DNA of 46,802 nt from Craspedostauros australis (lineage: Eukaryota), in assembly GCA_030167865.1 (NCBI GenBank), contig JALAGF010002232.1, positions 1-46,802 of the forward strand, written 5' to 3'. Position 1 is the first letter of the stretch. Every line of letters begins with the position of its first letter. The translations under genes and the position numbers were made by a program. Positions 1 through 12,185 of the stretch are shown piece by piece. The notes under the pieces were generated by a model. It had not been told where the DNA came from. It was given only the letters and a program-made list of their open reading frames with translations, and did no database searches.

Positions 1-154
1 GCTATTCTTCGCGAGAGTGTAGCAACCGGTGTCAATGAAGACAGTTTTGGCGCCTGATCAGGAAGCGATGTTTCCTCGCGAGGATAGTACGCGATGAAGT
101 GACGAAAAACTTGCAACTGATATATCTTTGGAGGAAGTGAAGGACGAAGACCAA

Positions 155-269
155 NNNNNNNNNNNNNNNNNNNNNNNNNNNNNNNNNNNNNNNNNNNNNN
201 NNNNNNNNNNNNNNNNNNNNNNNNNNNNNNNNNNNNNNNNNNNNNNNNNNNNNNNNNNNNNNNNNNNNN
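155..269. other. Assembly gap (115 N)
   Basis: Run of n characters; a further single n at 649. Confidence 0.99.
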
Positions 270-580
270 CACAGTCCGACTCAACAACACGTAAAAACGC
301 ACGATAATTTTTGGCGCCAACTTTTGTGCGTTCACGGATCGATGATCATGGCTGTCACGAGCATTAGTGACTAACTTTAAACACCCAAAGCAACACACAA
401 AGGTATCCTGGACCGCTGACCAACACACCACCCAAAGCAGAATGAAGTTGCGGATTCAACTATGCCATCCACTTGAGTAATAGACGAAACAGAATTGGAT
501 GCGGGTCTTTGGAAGACAGTCGGTCGAGATTGGACGAAGAAGCAACAAATTTATGTACCAGAACGTCGTAGACTCTACGC

Positions 581-867
581 GGTTACCAATGGTTACCAAC
601 GAAAAAATACCAAAATCACGTCCGTACGTCGTCCGTACGAAAAAGGCCNATAAAGGGTAAAAAGAGGCATCGAGATGAACATGAAGCGGAGACCGTTTGC
701 CTACAATGAACACATCAACAGAGAGCTCTCACTCTCCTCTTTCTAATAATGTAAAGATATCAGGCAACGGGCATCAACTCATCAAATGGCAGCTTGTGCC
801 GTCGGCGATATGCCAATGTTTACCAATAATTACCAATAATTACCAAAAAACCCGGAAATTAGCCAAT
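581..867. repeat. Cluster of short direct repeats (GGTTACCAAY x2, CGTCCGTACG x2, TTACCAATAA x2.7), CCAAT-rich
   Basis: 581-600 ggttaccaat-ggttaccaac; 619-639 cgtccgtacgt-cgtccgtacg; 820-846 ttaccaataa-ttaccaataa-ttaccaa. CCAAT occurs at 586, 813, 823, 833 and 863. Confidence 0.75.
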
Positions 868-1085
868 AGCCACTAGGTGAGAGTAGCATGTGTAAGGAGA
901 GAAGTGAGTAGTTGCAGAGGCTGCGCTCGAGCATCCGTAACGAACTGTGCGCTATCGAAGGCCAGCCTTGGTGGAGTAGGCCTGGGCTGCTGTGATTGCT
1001 GGATCGTGGCCACGGGCAATCGAAAGGACGCATCTCCTCGAGTCGATTTCTTGGCCTCGCATGCCAGCTTGTCTCAGGAACAAAA

Positions 1086-1421
1086 CTAGTCGATTGTTGG
1101 GCTGTTGTTGTCATGATCGGTGTCTTCAACGATTTTCAGCACACTGTCGATGATGTCCACGAGATCGGAAGCATCGGAGGTCATGGAACCACCTCGATCC
1201 AGGCCTTGGTCGCTGGAGAGTCGGAGTGAAATTGGACTTGAGAGTGAATGTGATTGTGCCCGAAGCCCTGCCCTCGCTTGCACTTGTTCCAGGTCCTGTG
1301 ATGGCGTTTGGCCATGATGAGGGACGCGACTCTGAAACAGCTGTCGGGGCCGCAGCAAGTAGCTTGGCTGGCTGGCTAGGAGTGGTTTGGTTGGCAATGA
1401 TGCTGGTGGCGGTGGTACCAT
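1086..1421 (-). CDS. Hypothetical 111-aa protein, disordered, with a C-terminal amphipathic acidic helix (SDLVDIIDSVLKIVED)
   Basis: ATG at 1421 lies within ORF 1086..1853. The upstream sense strand is C/A-rich like other gene leaders here. The C-terminal motif resembles that of ORF 3155..3814. No domain recognised. Confidence 0.45.
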   Translation of the reverse strand: MVPPPPASLPTKPLLASQPSYLLRPRQLFQSRVPHHGQTPSQDLEQVQARAGLRAQSHSLSSPISLRLSSDQGLDRGGSMTSDASDLVDIIDSVLKIVEDTDHDNNSPTID

Positions 1422-3154
1422 CGTTGCGTCCGTGGCTGTGGCTGTAAACTTTGGCGAGTGAACTCGAATCTGTGTTGATCGATGTGTGATTACGGACAGG
1501 AGATGCGCTGTGGGTGAATTACGGGGGATTGGCCTCGTGCAATGATTTTGGTGAGCAACTTCAGTTTGGGTTGTTCTGATTTTGTGGCAGTTGACGATGA
1601 TCGATCTGCCAACATGCCAAGCGCAGGCAGAGTACAGTGCAACGTCATCATGCCACCACAGGCTCGGGCTGAAAGCACCAAGTGCTCTGGTACCACTTGT
1701 GGCAGTACTCGCACCCGCAGAGAGTCGGGTGCAGAGCCGAATAGAGCAGTTGGCCAGAGCAAACTGATCGCCACGTATCGGCTGTCGAGATTTGTCGGGG
1801 CTTGCCGCGGCGTTGCGACACATCGCCTTTCGTTGAAGTTCCCCGTTCCCCAAGAGCGCTGCTGGGACCGAGATGACGCATCCCCTTTATTTATTGATCC
1901 TGGAATGTGAAAAGCGACAAGAATACACGAGATCCACGTCACATAATGTGATGGCAACTTACAACATCATGCTAATACGAAAACTGTTGGTTGCATTTCT
2001 GGTGGTGCGCCGCTGCGGCCTCTCCGCCTGGAATAAGTGTGTTCTGCTCGACTGCGCGGGTACGACTGTTCGAGTACGACTGCTCTCGAGCGACGTGTCT
2101 GAGTGCAACGCGGTATTCCAAGCGTGCGTGATGGATGAATAACTCAGGGACCACCCCCGCTAATTCAAAAATGTGCGTGGGAACCTGTGGCCGAGGCACT
2201 CTGACTTTGCCCACACTTGACGAAGATGCGCAGAAGAGACAGCTGAACCAGCCAAGCAGTTCCAGCAAGACGACAAATATAATTCGTCATTCCTGCTGTC
2301 ACACGTCAGGACCAAAATGGTATGGATGCTGTTCCACGCAGCCGATGCGATCGTAGGTTCCGCGCGAGGATGGTGGGCATTCAGGTCGCATCTCGTCGCG
2401 AATGTGACGGAGACACCGCGCGGTGCGCTCTGAGGGTTATTGCTCGTATCGTATCTGGATTGGTAGCTCGAAGTCGAGCACTGAAGTCTTGAACAGTGGC
2501 GTGTTTGGCACAAGTAACACGACACTCTTCGACCATGGCAAGGCGCTCCATCATTTGTCCGCACCAACTTGTGCGCCGCCGCTGCAACGGTACAGGAAGG
2601 ATTGACCGTCATACTGCTGTACAAGTATCATGCTCTACTTCCCACTCGTCGTACTGAAGCATAGGGCTGGGCACCACCGCTCCGGCTGCCATGCGGTCAG
2701 GAGCACTCTACCAAATCCTGTTTCAAACTATTCTTTCAATTACTTTAGGTTGTAATACTCGTGTACGTAAATAGAATGTAATAGTTGCGACGGTTCACTA
2801 CTGGCCAACTGTTGGGATCACAGCCGTGCAAGCAAGTGCCAAACATGCTCCTGAGCAAGTCCGATCCAGCGATCGGAGCATAGGACGCCGCTGCCGTTGC
2901 TGTTGTCGATGACTAAGATCTGATGTCCAAGGATCTTAGACGTTGGCAGAGCAAACAGTACTCTGTTCGAATGGCTCGCAGGCTGAGATGTGCGGGGCAA
3001 CGTGCTCTCCTCTCCTCACTTCACCACTGCCACCACTGCGGGCGTTTTGTCCATTTGAATTGAGCTTCGTCTGGATGACTTGATGCGCGCCGAACAGCAT
3101 GAAGCGCGTGGAGGGAATCCATTTACCTATGATGTTGAGCGGGGTGCGGCCTCT

Positions 3155-3814
3155 TCATTTGCGTGTGATCGAATGGCACCGATTTCCATCACGCTCATCG
3201 CGACCAGCGCCCACCGGTACTGGCGCGCTCAAATCAAAGTCGCCCAATCTGCGCCGCTTGCATGAAATCGTTTCAAAGATACCATCGAAGGCGTCGATGG
3301 AGGTCATGCCCAAGACGTCCTGCAGAATATCCAACACTTTACGATCTTTGCAGTTTGCAAGCGTGTGATCGTGACCCTCCAATCTGTGATGCCTGATGGA
3401 TGGTATAATCAGCGTTGTACCTTGTCGATCCGAGATGCCGCCGTAGTTATCTGTGCTGACGCCTCGAATCTGACGATCGGAGTGCCATGCTTGCGGAGCA
3501 GAAACTTGCAGATGTGAGTTGGCTCCTACTTCTACGTGACTGGCTGCGTCTGCGTCCATCTCTGCGGCTGCCAAATGCCACAGTGCCTCATGTTGCTCCA
3601 AGTGCGTTCGTTGCTGATCGACGCTGGCATTGCTTGGGAGCAAAAAGGGACCGGTTGCTACCAAGCTGCGCAAGATAAGGCTGGAGAGTGGCACGGCGGC
3701 GCCGTTGTCGCCATCTACGCTTTCGTTGTGGATGGCTGCGTCGATGCGTTGCAAACCGAAGGTTGTCGTCTCATCGTGGCATGCTTGTTTCGTTACTTTG
3801 TCTTCGTCTCTCAT
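3155..3814 (-). CDS. Hypothetical 219-aa protein with amphipathic motif KVLDILQDVLGMTSIDAFD
   Basis: True ATG start and protein-like composition. It is preceded on its sense strand by a C/A-rich leader-like tract (~3820-4200). No domain recognised. Confidence 0.5.
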   Translation of the reverse strand: MRDEDKVTKQACHDETTTFGLQRIDAAIHNESVDGDNGAAVPLSSLILRSLVATGPFLLPSNASVDQQRTHLEQHEALWHLAAAEMDADAASHVEVGANSHLQVSAPQAWHSDRQIRGVSTDNYGGISDRQGTTLIIPSIRHHRLEGHDHTLANCKDRKVLDILQDVLGMTSIDAFDGIFETISCKRRRLGDFDLSAPVPVGAGRDERDGNRCHSITRK

Positions 3815-5940
3815 CGTGGTTCTGATTTGTGAATGTGACTTCTGTTGCGGATGCTGTTGTGGTTATGAAGATATGAACTGAATCGATGAGAGTGTAAAGT
3901 CCTCGCAGATTTTAAGGTGATTATGACCACGGGTGCGGGTACGAGCGTGATTGCGATTGCGATTACGATTGTGAATGTGTGAATGTGTTGGATGTGTGAG
4001 TTGCACGCCAGCAGAATTGTGTCTGACGTTTGTTTTTGTGCGCTTTCGTTCGCTGCGTTGGCGGAGCTTTCGCAGTTGTTGTGGTGGCGTGGTGGCGGTG
4101 GCTGCGATGACCTCTCCTCGTGCCTCATTCGTTGGGTTGGTGGCGACGACACAACCAGAATGAGATCACGGGATGGGGGAAATAATGGTTTCTTGGGGAT
4201 CGACACGGACGGAGATGTGAAGCAATTGGCGAGGTGCAGAATGCACGAACAGGTATGACTGTGCCCATCTTCAATCGAGGTCACATCATGCACAAACGAC
4301 AGTGACATTGCCGTTCTCTTCGAAGGCGCAGCATGTGATACAACACAACATACGTCATTCCGAGACTGCGTCGTCGTGGCGTCTGTATTCTCATGACAGG
4401 TTCTCTCATGCTATCATATGTTCTAGTCCAAGTCATTGATACGATTTGTTTAACCACACATTTGTGCCTGCAACGGAACACTCACAGCATCGTCGAACAG
4501 TCCAAAGCACTTATTCTAAGAGCGGAGTGCTCCGGCACTCGCAGGGAACAGGAAAGTGCAGGGCGATAAGTGAGGAAGGCACCTCTTACACGTAGCTTGT
4601 ACCAGAGTGCATGTCAATCGCCTTGGACGTCATCTTCCTCATTGATACGAACCGCACAAATGCGTAGCTCGGAACAGCGTCGTCTTTGTCTTCCATTCTA
4701 CCCATCCAATACTGTCCGACGGACCGCCGCAGCGCCTCCTGGCGTTCCAACCCCAAGAGCTGTGGCCTCCAAATCACCATCCAGTCTCGTCTGATGTACG
4801 AGCATGGCATGTCTGCACAAGTGAAGGTGCCGCACCTGTTCCTTCCACAGTGAAGCCAAACGGAGTGCAGGACGTTAGAGGATTCCGGCAGAGTGCTCTC
4901 ACGCATGTACCATGCACTGTGATCGCCAGCGTGCGTGCTGAGCCTTTGTGATACTGGTAGATCCACATGCTTTGTACACGTGTGCAGAGTCATCGTTTCT
5001 CTCGGGGGTGCTTGCAGCGGCGCAGCAGCATCCACCAGATGGGATGGCAAAGCCCCAGCACGTCGCCTCGCTGCTGGCGGATCCCAATTTCTTGCTTTGG
5101 AACGCCGCGGATTCGTGGTACCAGGCGAAGACGACAAACCTGTCATGAAGACCGAGTATTGCGCTCGTCGCGCGATGTGAAAGTGTTCACAGGGTGTTTG
5201 CGGAGCTGATGTGCGCTTGGTGTGTCGACAGTTCGGGAAGCCAGATTGCTGGACATGGCTGTTCGACATTTTGTGCCCAACAGCACATAGTATCCATAAA
5301 ACACAACGCATGGACACGATGCAGCCCCTGCGGCTTCGCAACTTGTTCGAGCCTGGGACGAACGTTGTGTCACATGGTGCGGAGCTACCGGCCGTTCTTC
5401 GTCGTTGAAGTGAAGGCGAAGATTCTGGCCACATCTTGCACGTTTGGTTCAGAAACCTTCTCATTGTCAGAACATGGTCGCACCAACTGTGCGCAATCAT
5501 ATTTCTTGCTTGCACACCTCATTTTCACGACACTGTGCGGAAATTGGTCGTTTCATCCGAATTTGTTGTCATCGGCGTGAAAATAAGTCACGATTTAGTC
5601 ATGCAACAGCCTCATGCCTGTTGAATAGCAGACAAATCATGCGAAATATAGTATTGCAACGACTTGAGCCCAAGGACGGATTTTGGATTTCCCCAATCAA
5701 CCATGCGAACACACAGTAACGACTGCGGCACCCAAAACCTGGAAAGGAGCAACAGCACAACAAAGCATCGCGAAGGCTGGAAGGATCCAAGGTATCCTGA
5801 GTTGCCTCCCCATCATCGCTGGTGCGATTGGAGAGGCCCAAAGAGATCTTCAATACAATTGAATTCCATTCAAGTTGCATCTGCATCTGCATCTGTGGAA
5901 AAGCAATCTCTTCCGCCTCAGATTGAATTGGGTCGACGGC

Positions 5941-7968
5941 ATGATGCTGCGCCCATCGCAGAAGACCGTCCTGATTGGGTGGCCTGCTCTTGCTGCAATC
6001 GTTGCCATCGCAAGCGTCGCAGATGGTGTCAGCGGATGGATGCCACACGCACCTGTTCCTCTCGCAGCGAATGCCAACCGACCGATGCACATGAAAGACA
6101 AGCGACGGTCGCAACTGCGCTCTCGATACCCTTTCGAGCTGTGCGCGAAGCTGGACGATGATGATGACGACGATGACGATGACGACGATGACGATGAGGA
6201 AGATGAGGACTACGATGATTTGAATGTGGAAGACAAAGATTGGCGCGATTTCAGGGCCAAGCTGGTTCTGCAGTCCAGAGGCATACCCACTCCCAGCGCA
6301 GGGGAACCAGGCAGCGGCGGAGCTGGCGGCACCGTCGACGACGATGTTACGGGTGAAGCATCAGCATCCGCCACTGCTAGCGATGCAAGCACCAGCGAGG
6401 GCAGCACGCGGGAGAGCTGGGTCTACGAATCCGGCGATGTCATCGAATGCGGTTCCATCGTCATCAGCAAGCCGGTCCAGGACTTCAGCTACGGAGGCTT
6501 CCGACAGCAGTACTTTCACAAGTGCGTCGTGCTCATCGTGTCGCACGACGAGACATTCACCAAGGGAATTATCCTCAACCGCCCGACTGACTTCTTCATC
6601 CCCACCGAGCAGATGGATCTGATCATGTCGGGCGACATCACGCGCTGCGAAAAGACCTCGGATGATTCGATGCCCATCTGGTACGGCGGAGACGTGCAGG
6701 GCTTTGGCTGGAAGTGGGAGGAGCGCGATTGGACCTGCCTGCACCGCCTCGGCGACTCTCCCGATGCCGTCAAGATATCCGACAAGGTTCTGCAGGACAT
6801 CTACTGCACCAGCCTGCAGGGCGCCACGCTCCTCATCGACAAGGGTATCGCGACGATCGACGATTTCCACCTCTTCGCCGGCTACGCTGGATGGGCGCCA
6901 GGCCAGCTGCAAGGCGAACTGGAGCGCGATGGCTGGTACATGGTGGCGATGGACTCCGCCACGGTCGTGCGCGATGTCATCAACAAGAAGTCCAAGCCGG
7001 TCGACGGTGGCATCGACATCTGGGACTGGATCATGAAGCGCATCGGCCAGGCCGATCCCTTCGCGCAGCGGGCGGAGCAGATCTTCATTGACAACATGTC
7101 CAAGGAATGGTCGCGGTCGCACACGACCTCGTTGGCGATGGAAACGCCAGGTGCAAAATCCAACGGCAAGCAGGCGGGTCGGTCAGCCTCGCCGTTATCC
7201 TCATCGTCATCGTCGTCGCCCCTGTTTGCGGAGGGTGACGTCCTGTGCGCCACCAACGACGCCAGTCGGCGTCCACCGTTTTGGCCAGATCAGCCTATCT
7301 TTCACAAATCCATCATCCTGGTGCTCAAGAAGGACCCCAAGTACACCCTCGGACTCGTGCTCAACCGGCCTTGCGCCACGCAGGTCTCGCTCAAGGGAGA
7401 TTCCAAATTGGCGGCGCGGCACGGAGGTCCCTACGCCATCAGCGTGGCCAACCAAAAGCCGCTGGTCTGGCTGCATTACAACCACCCGGGCCTCATGGAT
7501 GCGGACGTCGGCGATCCCATCTCGGCCACCAACAGGAATGGAATATGGAGCTGCTCCGCCCAGGATGTGGAAACTGCAATCAACATGGGTCTGGCATCCT
7601 TCGACGATTTCCTAGCAGTCGAAGGCGTCTCGCTGTGGAGGACGGATGAACCAAATCCGACCAAGCGGCTGGAGAACGAGGTGGAGAACGGATACTTCGA
7701 TATCATTCCATCCGACGGCGACTGTCTCAACGACATGTGGGAGATTCTGAAGAAGCAAAACCAGTTCGGCACGGAGGAGTACATAGACGACAGCATACAG
7801 CTGGGATCCTTGGCGTGGGAGGCTGCTGCTGGTGCAAGCAAGGCGCCACTGGCCGCGGGAGGCGCCGTCTATCGAACCATCCAGGGATCCAGCTTGTCCA
7901 TCGGCGATCTCAGCGAAGATGCGCTTCGCAAGTGGGTGCGTGCCTTTTTGTACGCCAACATGTCATAA
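5941..7968 (+). CDS. Tandem DUF179 (YqgE/AlgH-like) domain protein, ~675 aa, probably plastid-targeted
   Basis: Copy 1 has canonical DUF179 motifs: FHKCVVLIVSH..TKGIILNRP, WYGGDV, LFAGYAGWAPGQLQGELERDGW. Copy 2 is degenerate: FHKSIILVL..TLGLVLNRP..HGGP..WLH..EGVSLW..LENEV. First ATG at 5941 gives a hydrophobic signal peptide (WPALAAIVAIASVADGVSG|WMP), a basic transit-like stretch and a poly-Asp tract. Intronless with strong GC3 bias. Confidence 0.9.
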   Translation: MMLRPSQKTVLIGWPALAAIVAIASVADGVSGWMPHAPVPLAANANRPMHMKDKRRSQLRSRYPFELCAKLDDDDDDDDDDDDDDEEDEDYDDLNVEDKDWRDFRAKLVLQSRGIPTPSAGEPGSGGAGGTVDDDVTGEASASATASDASTSEGSTRESWVYESGDVIECGSIVISKPVQDFSYGGFRQQYFHKCVVLIVSHDETFTKGIILNRPTDFFIPTEQMDLIMSGDITRCEKTSDDSMPIWYGGDVQGFGWKWEERDWTCLHRLGDSPDAVKISDKVLQDIYCTSLQGATLLIDKGIATIDDFHLFAGYAGWAPGQLQGELERDGWYMVAMDSATVVRDVINKKSKPVDGGIDIWDWIMKRIGQADPFAQRAEQIFIDNMSKEWSRSHTTSLAMETPGAKSNGKQAGRSASPLSSSSSSSPLFAEGDVLCATNDASRRPPFWPDQPIFHKSIILVLKKDPKYTLGLVLNRPCATQVSLKGDSKLAARHGGPYAISVANQKPLVWLHYNHPGLMDADVGDPISATNRNGIWSCSAQDVETAINMGLASFDDFLAVEGVSLWRTDEPNPTKRLENEVENGYFDIIPSDGDCLNDMWEILKKQNQFGTEEYIDDSIQLGSLAWEAAAGASKAPLAAGGAVYRTIQGSSLSIGDLSEDALRKWVRAFLYANMS

Positions 7969-8682
7969 TTCTGCAGCAATCATCGTGCTACACACACAGA
8001 GAGAGAGAGGATCCAGATCGAGAATGCTCTGCGAATATGTTCGGCGATTACTCGTGTTGTACCAAGAGTCTTATGGCGGCATGTCTGTGTGGTACAGGCT
8101 CCAGTAGGATAGCAATCAATCTCTTCTCAGATTACTGGTGCTAACGGTATTTCAAGCAACGGTTGCTATCACATACTCGAGACACATTGACCATTGTCTG
8201 CGAGTAGAGAGAAGCGAGGAGGGTGGCTGCTGCAGATGACCACAACTGTTTATGCTTGGATCGTCTCCATCTGGTGGTCAGCACGCCAATGAAGAGGAGT
8301 GCGTAGTCCATTCACGATGATCTTTCAGCCATACGACTACTCTGTGCAATTTTCGAATCAAACACAACTAAACAGGGATACTGCATGGCCGCGTCAACGA
8401 CTTGCATCTCTCTGACACGATTTGATTGGCCAAGTCGTCTGGGTTCGTTTGATTCCCGTTTGCGCACCCTTCATTCGTGTTCTTGTGCAGACAAATGAAC
8501 AAAACATGCACAGACGAGCAACAACGAAAAATGGCAGCCCACATCTCTCCACACAATTTCGACCCAGCCACCCACCCTCGGTTCTCCACATCCGAATCCT
8601 TTCTCTCTTCCATCAACCTCTTCGTCTCCCAATCGCAAATCGCCTCCGACTCTTCTCGTTCAGCAACAGTAACACCCAAAAC

Positions 8683-9237
8683 ATGACAAGAAACCAACCA
8701 AGATCCGCCTCTGCTCGCTTCGGCCTACTCACCATCGTCTTCGCGGCCATCATGATCCTTTCATCAACCACGGTCTATGCTGGCCGGTTGGAAGGATTGC
8801 TCCAAACCGATGTCAATCCTGCCTACGTCAGATCGCACCAGTCGCCGCCACGACGATACTCGACACGAACTGCTTTCGTCACAGCCAGGAAGAACGGCGA
8901 CGGCAACGGCAGCCATGACGGCAACAGCAACTTCGCCGCACTGGAGAATACCGCAACACCAACCCGCCTCGTCCAACGTCACAATGGTATGTCTCGTCGC
9001 TGTTGAAGTGCTGTATGCGCAACGCCCATTTTGCAAGTATTGCGGTCGTCACCTCTCGTCCACTCGTTGGTCTCACATATCCATTGCAATCTCTCATCAT
9101 CTTGGTATTGGTTGCACTCGAATTCACTAAACTATTCAGAAGGAACCCGATCGTCATCATTATCATCTTCTTCATCATACATCCGTGAAGCTGCTGTCCT
9201 GTCATTGTCAAAGATCCAAGGCCGCGATCGGCAATGA
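8683..9237 (+). CDS. Small secreted or single-pass orphan protein, ~133 aa, 2 exons (8683-8986, 9140-9237)
   Basis: N-terminus MTRNQPRSASARFGLLTIVFAAIMILSSTTVYA is signal-peptide-like. Donor G|GTATGT at 8987, branch-like CACTAA and acceptor TTCAG at 9139 join ORF 8422..9006 to ORF 9031..9237 in frame (402 nt in total). Confidence 0.6.
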
Positions 9238-12115
9238 AGCCATTGCACCGCCACAATTACTGAAGTATCATAATTCCCACCATCGTCGACAATGCGGAGA
9301 CGGCCACCATCGCCAGCGGCAGCAGCAGCGACGGCACAACAACCACGAGCGCACAGTCGCACAGGCGCATATAGTGCACTCTGTGAGGGACGGAATAGCA
9401 GGACAAATGAACGTGCGAGCACGGTCTCATTTCACACACCCTCATGACCGACCCACCCTGCATTGCTTTCCTGATGACGCTGTCGCGAAGATTGCACAAG
9501 CCAAATGGGCACGACAACAATCCTCCCTCGTACCCCGACTGAACATGCCACTTTGCCATTTTCCATACCATGTGTACAAGTACAATATATAATATATGTC
9601 AGATAAAAATAGACCAGAATACAATCCAATATTCGCAAACTGGCATATACTTCCTGCCCCGGAAAGGATGGAACAGAACTAACATCGGGCTCTGGGAGTG
9701 CTTGGGACACATTGTCACAATGAGAATTGATACGTCATCCACGGACGTAGTGCACCACCATGGACCATGCTTGGGCTTCGACGAAGGATCACCATCCAAC
9801 GACAGCTTTGCGTCCCGTCCATTCGATGCCAGCGTATGTAGCTTAGGGGTGGCCGCGGTGGCCATCCTCATGACGTTTCCTTGCCGCATGATCTTCAAAC
9901 TGTATGTGCTGAGCGTTGCCACTGGACCGTCGCACTGCATTTGACATGGGTAACAAAGCAAGACGCAACAGAATGCAACGCAATGCAACATGCACGCAAG
10001 TTGGATTTTCGTGTGCTGGTGGGACACGATCCGGAAGGGAAGACCTAGCTAACTGTCAGGCTTGGTGAAGCTGGTGGTGCAGTTAGCAAGGGTGAGCTGT
10101 CTGGGTGATAGTAATGAGTGACAATGAGTAGACTAGAGTGGTTGTGCTGATCTTGAGATGAACTTCAACTACACATAAAAATGATTTTACATATTTTGAG
10201 AATATATTCTACAGTATGATATAATACTATTCTATCAGATGATTATCTGTAAATTCAATGCCATATTTTCATGATCACAAACTTATCGGATGGAGATGCC
10301 TGTCCTCGAGGTCTTCGTCGACGGAGATCAGGCATGTTGTTCTACAGGTTTTCTTGTGGAGAACGTATGACTACAACGGATAATTTACATTTCACCGCAG
10401 CTCCTTTCTTGTACGATTGGTGGTACCGCCGGAGACTTTTCTCGTTTGTTACTGGGATCTCCTTTCTTGTTCACGATGACGAACGTGGCCAACTTCATGA
10501 AGCCAACGATCTGGTCAGGTTGGACATGGTACCGACAGCACAGAACTGGATGGACGAAACCTGATTCTCGCGAGATTTTCATCTTGGTACCTGGTTGACG
10601 CAACCATGTCGTCCATGAACACGGCATTGGCAGATCATCGTGCGGACAGGAAATGAAACCGTTCAACGTGAAACACACTAGAAGCAATCAATGCGCATCT
10701 GTCGCCCCCGTGTTCATCAGGAGCAGCAACGCTGACCTCGCAAGGTTCACATATGGATTTTACCCAGGGCAAACATGATAGAAGTCGAGACCAACAAAGT
10801 GCGATGGCGCTGCGATGGAATCCATTCGCTCCAGCAGCGATCCGGTTCCGCGATCGATGGAAAAATCTGTGCTGTGGTGCCTCCTTGTGTGGTTGGGACA
10901 AGTTCAGCTACTCCACGAGTAGAGAGTACTCTACTCTGGTCTGCTCTCTCACACAGACACACATCCAAAGAGCAGGGCGCGAGGTGCCGCGAGAAGTGAA
11001 ACGATCGGTCTGCTGGCGACACTGGTCTGGATCAACTTGAATGACGCCACAAGATACCCGACAGGGAGACACTCGAAGATGATGATTGCAGCAATCACGC
11101 AAAGGTATGATTCTGCTCATCAGGCAGCATGGATGTACCCTTGCAAACAAAAAAGGATACCGCTCTCGGTACGAATGCATGAGTCTGTTAGAATGCAATA
11201 CTTCTCTGCATCTTGGGTGAATGGATGGTTACCATGCTGTTCCTTCATTCATTGATCCGCTCCTCTTTCGCTGGTACGACAGTCCGAAGATGGGCCTGCT
11301 GATACTTCTACGTCAACAACGCGACAGTGGAAACTGGCGGTGTCATGGCGCCGCCTCCGAGCTCGCGGGACAGAAACGAACCATACGCAATGTTTCGTCA
11401 AATATTATATTATATTATATTATACATGCATGCATGACATAATCCGATTCTGCAGGGTGGAGACTGAGCAGAAAGAAAGTGCGCGCTGCCATTGTACTTG
11501 TATGCGTTGCAGCAAACGCAGGATGAAATAGATCGCGGCCATGTCGCCCCCAATGGCAGAAAAATGAGCGAAGACACGCGCAGCATGTACCGAATGCAGA
11601 GTGAATGCACTCTGGCGTCGGAACGATGCACTGATGGGGAGTTGCGATGACCTCGATGATCTTGTTTCTGGGTTCTCCAGAAACCCTCCGGCGTACTTGC
11701 TGGCGTCCACACGAATTGGTATTGCAGGAGACTCACCCTCCTGGGAAATCGAAGCAAACCGAGCAGAAGAATTCACGCTGCGCCAGTATTGATGAGGATC
11801 ACAAACACAACGGCAACGACCACAGCAACGGTGACAGCAGCAATACTGGTACTCGTACGAGAAGAAAAGAGCCGATCATCTGCGGGCTCGTATGTCATGA
11901 GGGAGAGGATACGAGCTAAGGATGGTGGGGCGATGACAGGCCACCCATTGGCGAACACCTGAGCAACGACATCTGCTGCTATGATCATACTAGTAGGCAC
12001 CACATATCTACACTAGTGCGAATGGGAGTGGGGCTGGTGGGTCTGACAGTTGTGCACCATAGCACAGCATGCTCGCCAGAGCTGACGTATCGATGACTGC
12101 TTTGGTGGACTCGCA

Positions 12116-12185
12116 TCTCTCCGTCTCTCTCTCTATGTGTGTGTGTGTCTGTCTGTCTCTCCAGAGAGACAGAGAGAGAGAGAGC
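12116..12185. repeat. Compound (CT)n/(GT)n/(GA)n microsatellite
   Basis: ctctctctct-atgtgtgtgtgtgtctgtctgtctctccagagagacagagagagagagag. Confidence 0.85.

Noticed and set aside
4586-5580. 309-aa minus-strand ORF and overlapping plus-strand ORFs
   Set aside because: No recognisable motif, and Cys/Arg/His-rich composition typical of non-coding frames.
6210-7841. Many antisense and alternate-frame ORFs inside the DUF179 gene (likewise inside the HA, bZIP, paralog and HSF genes)
   Set aside because: Shadow ORFs caused by GC3-rich codon usage of the real CDS.
10160-10275. AT-rich island as a possible diatom-type low-GC centromere or origin
   Set aside because: Only about 110 bp, far shorter than the low-GC tracts associated with diatom centromere function.
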